This document shows positions 53,142 through 62,756 of a stretch of DNA of 64,000 bases, piece by piece (positions within the stretch are counted from its first letter, which is position 1; every line of letters starts with the position of its first letter). Below the pieces are notes generated by a model that saw only the letters and a program-made list of their open reading frames with translations, was not told where the DNA came from and did not search any database. A program made the position numbers and the translations under genes. The stretch comes from an uncultured Gemmatimonadaceae bacterium. GTDB lineage: Bacteria; Gemmatimonadota; Gemmatimonadetes; Gemmatimonadales; Gemmatimonadaceae. The stretch covers positions 96,001 through 160,000 of the forward strand of contig CAWBOC010000003.1 in assembly GCA_963790305.1 (NCBI GenBank). The letters run 5' to 3'.

Positions 53142-53420
53142 ATGGCCTATGCGGAGTTCACGGATCGAGTGGGAAAACAGTGGCGAGTGTGGCACACGCG
53201 CCCGCTGTCCGCGGCGCTCACGACCCTTCCGGAGGCCTGGAAGGAGGGCTGGCTCACCTTCGAGTCGGGGGACGAAAAACGACGGCTCGCGCCCGTTCCC
53301 GCGGGATGGGAACACCTGACTCCAGAGCAACTCGAGATGCTATGCCAGGTGGCGGAGCCGACCGCCCTCTCTCCGCGCGCGCACGATCCGCTGCGGCGCG
53401 ACGAGCGGAGCGCGGAATAG
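53142..53420 (+). CDS. Small hypothetical protein (same family), copy 2
   Basis: MAYAEFTDRVGKQWRVW...EGWLTFESGDEKRRLAPVPAGW. Confidence 0.8.
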   Translation: MAYAEFTDRVGKQWRVWHTRPLSAALTTLPEAWKEGWLTFESGDEKRRLAPVPAGWEHLTPEQLEMLCQVAEPTALSPRAHDPLRRDERSAE

Positions 53421-53738
53421 ATGCGCGAGCACGAGAAGCCGGATCGGAGGAACTCTCCGCTCATTCTCATCTTCGAGCACCGCGTCTACTTCCGGGATCA
53501 CGCGGGCGAGCACTGGCGCGTGTACGACATCTTCGTCGCGCCTGACGAGCGCGGCCGTGAGCGGCGCTTCCCCGTGATGCCGCCGGACAAGCGCGCGGTG
53601 CATCGCGAGTTCATCGCGCGGTCGGGAGAGCGACGCGAGTACACGTTCCTCGCTGACTCCCTGCGGGGGATGCCGCTCTTCGTTCACCAGCTTGCTCGCC
53701 AACTGGGCCTCGCGAAGATCGTCCACGAGAAGAAATAG
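53421..53738 (+). CDS. Small hypothetical protein
   Basis: Abuts the upstream stop; FRDHAGEHWRVYD motif. Confidence 0.65.
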   Translation: MREHEKPDRRNSPLILIFEHRVYFRDHAGEHWRVYDIFVAPDERGRERRFPVMPPDKRAVHREFIARSGERREYTFLADSLRGMPLFVHQLARQLGLAKIVHEKK

Positions 53739-53814
53739 CGTCGGACTTAGCGGGACCACGCATCTCGAGTCGCGGTCGTCCAGCGCGCGTATCCAGCGCG
53801 TTTCAAGGGCCAGT

Positions 53815-54210
53815 CTAGTCTATTCCCACCTCGCGCTGCGCCCATCGCACGTAGGCGATGATCTTTCGCAGGGCGGCGGAGTCGACCTGCGGCTGCGGCG
53901 GCATGTCGCCGAACCGCCAGTGGTGCGCGGCGACGCCCCGCTGCGCGGCAAGGACGAACGACGCGTCAGAGTGGTGGCTCGGCTCGTAGATGATGTGAAG
54001 GAGCGGCGGGCCCAGATCAGAGCCCCGCGCCGATTGGCCGTGGCAGCTGGCGCAGTTGGCGGTGAACAGTGAGTCGCCTGCGCGGTGTTCGGCGGGGGTC
54101 GGCGGCAGCTCGATCCGGGCGAGCACTTCCCGCTCTCGCTCGCCACCGCGGCACGCCACGGTGATTACCGCGAGGGATACCGTTAGGCAACGCGCTCGGT
54201 TCGGCCTCAT
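53815..54210 (-). CDS. c-type cytochrome lipoprotein
   Basis: TVAC lipobox, CASCH heme motif, distal Met in GDMPP. Confidence 0.88.
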   Translation of the reverse strand: MRPNRARCLTVSLAVITVACRGGEREREVLARIELPPTPAEHRAGDSLFTANCASCHGQSARGSDLGPPLLHIIYEPSHHSDASFVLAAQRGVAAHHWRFGDMPPQPQVDSAALRKIIAYVRWAQREVGID

Positions 54211-54710
54211 GCGTCATCCCCCGAGACGATCTTCGCCGTCGTGATGGCCTGGCCGACGTGGCGGGTAGTGTGCTCGGCGGCGTGGAAGAGGAGGCCGAGG
54301 ACGGTTGACGGAAGTGCTTTGCGCCCGACAGCGCGCGGTTCGAGGAGCTCCTCCCGGCGTGTGGCGCGGATCTGGGCGAGCGCAGCATCAATCGCGCTGC
54401 GTGCCTGGTCGACCAGCTTGGAGATGTCGTCTGGCGGGTTGCCCGGTTCTGCTTCGATCTTCAGCGCGGCCTGTTGCCGATCGTCGAGCTGCGCGCCACG
54501 TGCGTACGTCAGCAACCGGTCGAGGCTCCCGGCCAGATGCCGCAAGTGATAGCCGAGACTCGCGGCACCGCTCGGTCGCACCCACAGTTGGTCGCGCAAC
54601 ACGCTCGCCGCCACGGCGATGTCCTCTCTGGCCTGCACGAGCGCGTGTGCCGCAGGCTGCAGGTACGCGTCGACCCCGTCTATTGGGCCACGAAGCCAGG
54701 CTTCGGGCAT
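54207..54710 (-). CDS. DinB family protein
   Basis: PEAWLRGP, YHLRHLAGSLDRL and HAAEHTTRHVGQ motifs. Confidence 0.88.
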   Translation of the reverse strand: MPEAWLRGPIDGVDAYLQPAAHALVQAREDIAVAASVLRDQLWVRPSGAASLGYHLRHLAGSLDRLLTYARGAQLDDRQQAALKIEAEPGNPPDDISKLVDQARSAIDAALAQIRATRREELLEPRAVGRKALPSTVLGLLFHAAEHTTRHVGQAITTAKIVSGDDA

Positions 54711-54851
54711 GTCTAGCCTCCACGGCTGGTTGCCCCTACTCTAGGAGGCGCGCCTGCGACGCCGCAAGCGCCCTCCGACACCTGCGCTGACGCTTCGCTG
54801 ACGCGACCGATGCTTCATGCGCGGCATGACGCCCCACCGGAGCATGGCGCG

Positions 54852-57800
54852 ATGATACGCGTGCGAACGTTGGGTCACAGCGTGATCCAGATCGACTCGA
54901 CGCCGGTCGGTCCTGACGCCGAGATCGTCTTCGCCGCACTCCTGCTGCTGACCGTCGAGCCGGGCAAGCGCCTCGGACGCGGCGAGCTGTTAGGCATCCT
55001 GTGGCCGGAGGCGACGGGATCCCGCGCTGCCCATTGTCTCCGCCAGACGATCTACCGGTTGCGCACGCTCGGCGTGCCGCTGGAGGTGAGTCGCACCCAT
55101 CTCAGCGTCTCGTCGGAGGTAGTGGATTGCGATGTCGATGCGATCCTTCGACATTCGACGGGTGGAGGATGTCGAACGCATTGCTGACGACATCGATGGA
55201 CCGTTTCTCCCTGGCTACTGGCCGAGTTTCTCGGAGCGACTTCAAGAATGGGTGGAGCGTCATCGCGACCTCGTCACGGCGAGCGCGCGACGCGTGTTGG
55301 TCAGCGCGATCGCGACCCGCAAGGCTCGCGCGGAATGGAGTGAGGTCGAGCGCCTGGCGCATCGCTGCCTCGCCATCGATCCATTGAACGAGGACGCCAC
55401 CCTGGCGCTGGCGGAGGCGGCGGCGCTTCACGGGGGGAAGGTCGAAGCGATTGGCATCCTCGATCGATATCTGCACGAGATGGGGCCGACGGCGCGTGAG
55501 CTGCGCCTCCCTGCGATGGCGCTCCGCCGGCGGATCGCCGAGCCCGAGCTGGAGTTCCCGCTCGCTCCGCCGCTCCATGTGCCGTTCGTGGGTCGCAGCG
55601 CCGAGATGGGCATACTGACCGGCGCGCTTCGCAGCGCGCGGGGGGGCGCCGGGAGCGTCCACTTCATTCACGGGGAGCCTGGGATCGGCAAGACCAGACT
55701 CCTCACCGAGTTCTCGCGTGCGGCGTCGCTCGAGGGTGCGCGCATTGCTGCCGCGCTATGTCAGTCCAGCGACGCGCGACGCCCGCTGTCCGCGTTCGTC
55801 GATCTGGTGCCGAGGCTCATGACGATGCCGGGCGCGCTAGGGTGTAGTCCGCAATCGCACAGGTATCTCCGGCGCTTCATCGAACACCATTCCGGTGGCT
55901 CGCCTCCCACGCCGGATGTGCCGAAGCTGCCTTTCTCTATACGAACGTGCGCGGTCGCTCTTCGATCTGTTCGATGCAATCGCTTCCGAAACTGTTCTGG
56001 TCGTGTCGATTGAAGATGTTCAGTGGCTCGACGCGGCATCGTGGGAGATAATCGGTGAAACCGGCTCTTGGCTCCAGACGCGGCGCACTCTCCTCCTGCT
56101 AACATCGCGTGAACGAGAACCACAGGCATCGGAATCACGGGCCTTCTGCAGTCGCAACGTCTCTTCCCTATGGCTCGCACCGTTCGCTCGGCCAGAAAGT
56201 GAGCGTCTCTTCGCAGCAACCCTAGGCGAAGAGACGCAGAAAGTCTCCGCTTCCTTCCGCGATTGGTGCGTCACTATGAGCGGCGGGAATCCTTACTACC
56301 TCTCGGAGCTCGCCCTGCACAGCCCCAAGCGCCGAGGTGAGTTTGTGGTCCCTCCAGTTTGTCGGCTTTAGTGGCAGAAAGGGTAGCGCGTCTTCGACCG
56401 GTATCATGTCGAGTTCTACAGGCGTGTGCGATACTCGGTAGAGATGCCACAGTTGATCGAGTCGAAAGCATGCTCGCGCAACGACGCATTGACCTACTTG
56501 ACGCACTTGATGAGCTTGACGAACACGCACTTATCGCCTGGAACGGGTCCCAGATCGTTAGTCGCCATGACCTCCTTTCCCAAGCTGCGATCGCTCGACT
56601 CTCTCCGCTATCCCGAAAATTGCTGCACCAGCATGCCGCATTGGTCCTCGAAGGCGAAGTATCGTCGGGTAGCACACCCGCCGTGGTTTGGTCTTCTGCT
56701 GAGCACTGGGCGGAGGCCGGTCTCCCTGAGCGAGGGATTGCGCTGGTGTGCAAGTGCGCGCGTCAGGCTATTGAGCTTGGCCAGCCCCAAGAAGCTGTTG
56801 AGCTACTCCGCCGCACAAAGGACCTACCGTTAGCTGATCGGGAACGCCTCAGCGTTCTTACAGAGTTGATTTACGCATACAGGGCGGCTGACCGGTGGCA
56901 GGACGCCACGAGGGAGTTTGCTGACCTTCGCTCCCTGCGTCGTCGTGTTTGTGCAGGAGAATCCGGTGTTCACGACGACATCGAATTGATTGGGATCGAA
57001 TCTCAGTGGCTCGGAGGGTTCAGCCCTGAAACGATCATCGCTCAGTTACTCCAATGTTGTCGGTCAAGTGAGACGACATTCGAGCCACCGAATAGCCGCC
57101 GCCAAACTTTGTCTTATTATCTCAGACAACGTGCGTGATTGCGCAACTGCGATAGAGGCATTCGAACTTGTAAGGCACGATCTGCAAATTGAAGCTATCC
57201 CGACAGTGGAAGGCATCGAGGCCCGTCTGATCTTTGAGACCTCGTTTGGGGATCGTGCGGCAGCGAAGAGCACCGTCGACAGGCTTCTGCAGGCCGATTG
57301 GCAGTCGTCTCGAAGACAGGCCTTTAGCCTAATCCTCGCGGCACACGCATGCGAGCGATTAGGAATGCCGGGGCGCGTGACACAGGTCGCGACCGAAGCA
57401 TATCGACTTGGAGTTGAGTCCTCCTGCGCGACCGCCGCAGCCGCTGCCGCACGAAAACTCGCGTGGGCTTATTTGGACGAGGGAGACCAAGAGCAGGCTG
57501 AGCATTGGTATAAACTTGCCCTGGGTTGGGTACAAAAGGGGCAACTCTCCAGCTTTACCGCAGATTTGCTTGGGCTTCACGCAGAACTACTGATTGGCCG
57601 TGAAGACTACGCCGGCGCCAGCGAAGCGTTAGAGAAGTCGCAAGAGGCTTGGCACCGAACCGTTCACGCCAGGTGGAAACTGAGCGTTCTTTCGGCGCGT
57701 TCCGCGATTTGGCTCGCCACCGGCGCGCGAAGCAGCTGTGAAGTCGCGGCGAGTGAGTACGGAGAGTTACTGAGCCGACTGCATCACGAGGAGGGGAACG

Positions 57801-58033
57801 ACCTATTTGCGGCGCGATACTTCCTGCTACTCGCCGGCATTGGTCGACGCTATGAAGCAGAGGTGGAAATGCGGAAATACCTCGCGTCACGGACTAAATC
57901 GCCCGTTCAGTACAGCCCGACTCTGAAGGCGGTCATACGACAGTTTTCGCCGAGCGGCACGGAGGATCCTGCGACTAGCGGCTACCTACTTTCCGAAGTC
58001 GACCTGACGTCGCCATCACCACCCGTGAGCTGA
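54852..58033 (+). CDS. Transcriptional regulator: wHTH/BTAD + STAND-type NTPase + TPR (about four frameshifts)
   Basis: MIRVRTLG, LLGILWPE..LRQTIYRLR, AIDPLNEDA (BTAD), PFVGR, GEPGIGKTRL (Walker A), IEDVQWLD (Walker B), GGNPYYL, RHDLL, helical repeats. Confidence 0.85.
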
Positions 58034-59327
58034 TGGGCGTCGGTTCCCTCTGTTCTGGCACAAAGAGGAGTGACCAGAGTGGGCTCGCCAATAACCGATC
58101 GCAAATCATGGGATCAAACTGGCGGGCCCGTTGCCGAATGAACTCGGACCGCACCTCCGGCTCGCCTCTGGCTTGACGGTATGGTCGATCCGTTGTCATC
58201 GCGTCTATAGTATCCGCGAACATGATGATTCGAGACTCAAGCGGTATATCCTCTCCCGCCAGACCGTCCGGGTAGCCCGATACCGTCCCAATTCTCGTGA
58301 TGGTGGCGCAACGGAGCGACCAAGTCGCGCAGATTGCTCACGGTCGCCACGAACTCCGCACTCCGAATGGGATGGGTCTGCATGATGGCCCATTCGTCAG
58401 GCGTAAGCTTATCCGGCTTGCTCAGAATCGGCGCGTACATTTCGTGAATCTTGCCGACATCGTGCAGTAGAGCAGCCGTTCCAACGCGCTCGATCCGTCG
58501 TGTCGTAAGCCCGATGGCGCGCGCAATAATCTTCGAGTAGTGCGCGACCCGCATCGAGTGACCGGAGGTGTACGGATCCCGCGCCTCGATTGCCTTAACC
58601 ATCAATTGCAGCAGTTCTTGGTTCACCTGTTCAAGTTTTGCTGTCGTACTGTAAAGCTGTCGGACGCCTAATAGCGGGATCGCTAGGCAGACTGCTCCGA
58701 GCGGGCCAGTGCGAGCAAAAGCCCAGGCAAGCAGCAGAACCACAGGCGCTGCTAGGACGTCGTAGACAAGGGAGTGAAGAGTATTCTTGCGCCAGACACG
58801 CAGAATGCGACTTGCCTTCACTTACTGCGATCGCGCCGCTTACCGACAACGTATTCACAGCAAAGAAGACGACCGTGAGCAGGAGGAACGGAATCCCGAA
58901 TCCCGACGCATCGTACGCAAGCTCTTCTAAGGGCGCTCGCAGAATCGATTCACCACCGAATGCCAAATAGCACAGTGTACCAAGGGCGGTCGCCAAGGAC
59001 ATTTGCGCAACGTTGAAGACGCGCCTTGAGCAAGGGGCGCTGGCTGAGTACCTCGGCGATGACGTACGCGAGGGCCACCGATACGGCGCTCGTCCAGTGG
59101 GGAGCGACGAGAACCAAGCGCCAAGAAAGGAATAAATGCGATCGTCCCTCCCGCGCCCTGCGGAAGGGAGAAGAGCATCATTTGCGCCAGAATTCCCAGC
59201 CCGGATAGCCAAAGCGCGGCGCCGACGTGCGCAAACGACATTCCGGCCGATACGCGTAGAGCGCAACGACCGCGAGCGACTGCCAGCAGACAATTGATAC
59301 CGACGTACTGCTGTATTCTGATCGCAT
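57975..59327 (-). CDS. Membrane-sensor HD-GYP cyclic-dinucleotide phosphodiesterase (frameshifted)
   Basis: Multi-TM N-terminus (FNVAQ, FFAVNT); EARDPYTSGHS, LHDVGK, HP and HHHENWDG; GYPDGL after a one-base correction; DAMTTDRPYR. Confidence 0.9.
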
Positions 59328-59354
59328 AGAAGCTGGGACCCCCGTCCCCGACTG

Positions 59355-59429
59355 CTAGATCCACATCTGCGAGCCACCGGAAAACACAAACTTCATCAAA
59401 CCACTCACGAGCCCGGCCAAGAACTCCAT
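59355..59429 (-). CDS. 24-aa peptide MEFLAGLVSGLMKFVFSGGSQMWI (putative signal peptide/ligand)
   Basis: Manual translation ATG(59429)..TAG(59355); GGAGGTGA RBS 6 nt upstream; stop 27 nt before the HD-GYP start. Confidence 0.75.
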   Translation of the reverse strand: MEFLAGLVSGLMKFVFSGGSQMWI

Positions 59430-59780
59430 GGTGCGTCACCTCCCTCAGGATAAGTCGCACCGGCATCCGCCGAATGCGCTCCAAAAGGTTGGCTCCGCTC
59501 GTACTACCTGGCCTGCCCGCTCAGCTTCGCTCAGCCGAGGAACGGGGGTTTTTGTGGGTTCCTAGTTGGTTGGTCCTTGGGTTCGACTACCTCCGAGAAC
59601 ACCAGCGCTCCCGGGTTCCGCCTCCCCGGGCGACATCGCCCGGCCATCTCACCCGCGCTGCCCTCCCACCACGGACGGCGTGCTACGCAACCTGAAGAAA
59701 GAACACTGCGAAGAAAAAACTGCGAGGATTCACACGCCACGATCGGCGCGCGGAATGGCCTGCCGAGCTACCTCACACGC

Positions 59781-60506
59781 CTAACGGGCGTGCCCGATCC
59801 ACCGATTCGTCGCATCCAGCACCGCCAGCACGCTCGCCGTCTCGGGACTGTCCTTGATCTCGCACGTGCCGCTCAAGAAGGCGCTCTCGCGCCCCCATCG
59901 CGCCGTGAGACCCACGATCACGAACTCCCGGTCGAACGCATCGATGAGCTTGCAGCCATCCAGCGCCAGCTGGCGCGACTCGCCTTCCGCCTGGCCGATG
60001 GCGAGAACCGCCGCACGCGCCGCCAGTTCCGCGCGCGAACGCTCGGTCTCCGCTCCCTCGGCCTCTCCTATGTACGACGCATCACCTTTTCTGAGCGTCA
60101 CCCGGCACGTCACGCCCTTCGTGCGCGAGCGCCGCACCTCCACATCCTCGAAATAGACGCGGCGTTTGTTCGCTGCCTCCTCGAGAATCGCGGCCTCCGC
60201 CGCACGCACTTCGGGCGCCGGCTTCGGCGTCTCGACGGTCGTCGCCACCGAAATCTTTCGATGATCCACGCGCATGCTCAGGTGCGCGATCAGCGCGCTC
60301 TCGATGTTGCGCACCGTCTGCTTCGGCGGCACCTCCGCCGTCGTCAGCACATGGATCTCATCCACCGCACCGTTGTCGCTCGCGACGATGCGCACCGACA
60401 CCACGCCCGGCAGCGTCGCGAGCAACTCCTCCGCGCGCTTGATGGGGAGCACGCTGCCAGCGATTGGGCTGGCAATCGTCGGATGCGGGGCAGGAGTCGC
60501 GGCCAT
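59781..60506 (-). CDS. Conserved hypothetical protein
   Basis: 241-aa ORF: LPGVVSVRIV..EIHVLT..PKQTVRNIESAL..DHRKISVA, C-terminal LAVLDATNR. Confidence 0.85.
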   Translation of the reverse strand: MAATPAPHPTIASPIAGSVLPIKRAEELLATLPGVVSVRIVASDNGAVDEIHVLTTAEVPPKQTVRNIESALIAHLSMRVDHRKISVATTVETPKPAPEVRAAEAAILEEAANKRRVYFEDVEVRRSRTKGVTCRVTLRKGDASYIGEAEGAETERSRAELAARAAVLAIGQAEGESRQLALDGCKLIDAFDREFVIVGLTARWGRESAFLSGTCEIKDSPETASVLAVLDATNRWIGHAR

Positions 60507-60533
60507 TGCGGCTTCGAAGTGAGACTGCGCGGA

Positions 60534-62203
60534 CTACAGGAGGGACGACAAGGCGGGAGCGGCGCGAAGCCGCCGAGTCAGCAGAACCGGTTCACGCTCG
60601 GGACGACGGGCGTTTTCGGCACGGGCCAATATGAGATACAAGGCTCGCGAAATCAAGGAACTACGTTCCTCCGGCACATTATACTCTCTCAACTTTCTGT
60701 AGAGCGTGCGCTCGCCGATCGCCAGCATCTCTGCGGCCTTTCTTCGGTTTCCACGCGCACGCCGCCAGCGCCTGCCTGATCGCGGCACTGCTCGATCTCT
60801 TCCATCGTCATCCCCGGCGCGATCTGGATGACGTCCGAGGGCTGCTCGCGGTGCCTCGATGGCGTGCTGAGCTGCCGAGCTGCGAACTGCGGAGCTTTGT
60901 ACGTCACCGATCCACTGCACCGTCCGGTTGGCGCACCTCGTCCAACCTTCTCCGCAGCTCCTCCACCTGGAGCTTCAGCTCCACCATGCTGCGGACGATG
61001 AACTCCAGCTCGCGCCCGGCTACGCCCTCGGTCGCGCGCAGCACCGGACCCACGTGCACCGGCAACAGACGCGGGGCTCCGCCGTCGCGGATCTCGCGCG
61101 GGATGTCCTCGGCCCCGATCTCGCGGCCGGGCGACAGCACCACCATGCTCTCCACCAGGTTGCGCAGCTCGCGCACGTTCCCCGGCCACGGAGTAGCTCG
61201 ACAGGATCTGCATCGCCTCGGCCGAGATGCCCTTGAACTCCCGGCCGTGCGCCTGGGAGAACTCGCGGACGAACTTCCGCACCAGGAGCGGGATGTCCTC
61301 CGGCCGCTGGCGCAGCGGCGGCAGGTAGATGTGGAGAACGTTGAGCCGGTAGTAGAGGTCGGGACGGAAGCTTCCCTCCTCCACGTGCTCGCGCAGCGGA
61401 CGGTTCGTCGCCGCCACCACCCGCACGTCCACGCGAATCGGTGAGACGCCGCCGAGGCGCATGATCTCGCGCTCCTCGAGCGCGCGGAGGAGCTTCACCT
61501 GCGTCGGTGGCGGCGCCTCGCCGATCTCGTCGAGAAAGAGCGTCCCCGTGTGCGCCAGCTCGAACCGCCCGAGCCGTCCGCTCGGCGGCTCCGGTAAACG
61601 CGCCCTTCTCGTGGCCGAACAGCTCGCTCTCGAGCAGCGTCTCGGGGAGCGCGCCGATGTTCACCGGGATGAACGGCTTCGCGCGGCGCGGGCTCAGCTG
61701 GTGGATGGCGCGCGCGACGAGCTCCTTGCCCGTCCCGCTCTCCCCCTCGATGAGCACGGTGCTCGACACCGGCGCCATCTGCTCGATCTTGACCAGCACT
61801 TCGCGGATCGCGTCGCTCTCCCCGATCAGCCCGGTGATCTCGGCGAGACGCGCGCCGCTCGAGGATGCGCTGGATGCCGTCGAACACCTCGTTCACGTCC
61901 ACCGGCTTCGTCCAGATCTCGACGTAGCCGAGCGCGCGGAGGCGATCGCGAAGCGTGGGATCGTCGAGGTCGGAGAGGCCGACGACGGCCGTCCCCTCCC
62001 ACAGCTGCCGCTTCACGAGCTGCACGTTCGGCTGGTCGACGAGACCGCCGGTGAGCACGATGACGTCGGGCTTCTGCTTCTCGACGGCGGTGCGCAGGTC
62101 GTCGTACGGCGACACGACCTCGGTCTCGACGCCGGCGCGCTCGAAGCAGATTCTTGAGGCGGACCGCCGGCTCGACGTCGGTGAGGGTGATCAGGACCTT
62201 CAT
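60534..62203 (-). CDS. Sigma54-dependent Fis-family activator with receiver-like N-terminus (frameshifted; 3' end uncertain)
   Basis: [43 protein letters not shown] and [21 protein letters not shown] motifs. Confidence 0.92.
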
Positions 62204-62253
62204 CGATTGCGCGCTGCCCGGAGGGCGCGCGGATTGCGGATTGCGCATCAGCC

Positions 62254-62752
62254 TCATCGCGCGGTCCCCGTTTCGTGATCGGTTGCGTTCGCCGCGCAGG
62301 ATCTGGATCGCGTGGTCGATGATCGGCTCCAGCGCGGCGAGGCCGTCGCGCACGCCGCCGGGTGAGCCAGGAAGGTTGACGATGAGCGTGCGCGCGCGTA
62401 CTCCGGAAATCCCGCGCGACAGCGCCGCCCTCGGGAACGACGACATGCACGCCACGCGCAGCCGCTCGGCGATTCCCGGCGCGTCGCGCTCGATCACCGC
62501 CCGCGTCGCCTCCGGGGTGACGTCGCGCGGGGAAAGGCCGGTGCCGCCCGTCGTGAGAATGACGTCGGCCACGTCGTCGTCGGCCCACTTCGTCAGCGAG
62601 CGCACGATCGCGACGGTGTCGTCAGCCACGAGATCGCGCGCCACCACCTCGCTTCCGCGCGCCTTTGCCCAGGCGACGATGGCGTCGCCCGAGGTGTCGG
62701 CCCGTTCGCCGCGAGAACCCGCATCGGAGGTCGTGAGGAGGGCGATTCTCAT
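62254..62752 (-). CDS. mogA: MogA/MoaB molybdopterin adenylyltransferase
   Basis: ILTTGGTGLSPRDVTPEAT, LSRG and IVNLPGSP motifs; frameshift near the 3' end. Confidence 0.9.
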
Positions 62753-62756
62753 AGGT

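Noticed and set aside
54852..58033. STAND NTPase as an Avs-type anti-phage protein
   Set aside because: The N-terminus is a wHTH/BTAD transcription module, not a nuclease, TIR or other effector.
55950..59480. Lower-GC tract as a prophage or IS/integron
   Set aside because: No integrase, transposase, att/tRNA site or phage genes were seen.
59531..59740. 69-aa minus-strand ORF in the leader as a second peptide
   Set aside because: There is no convincing RBS or composition, and the region is better explained as non-coding structure.
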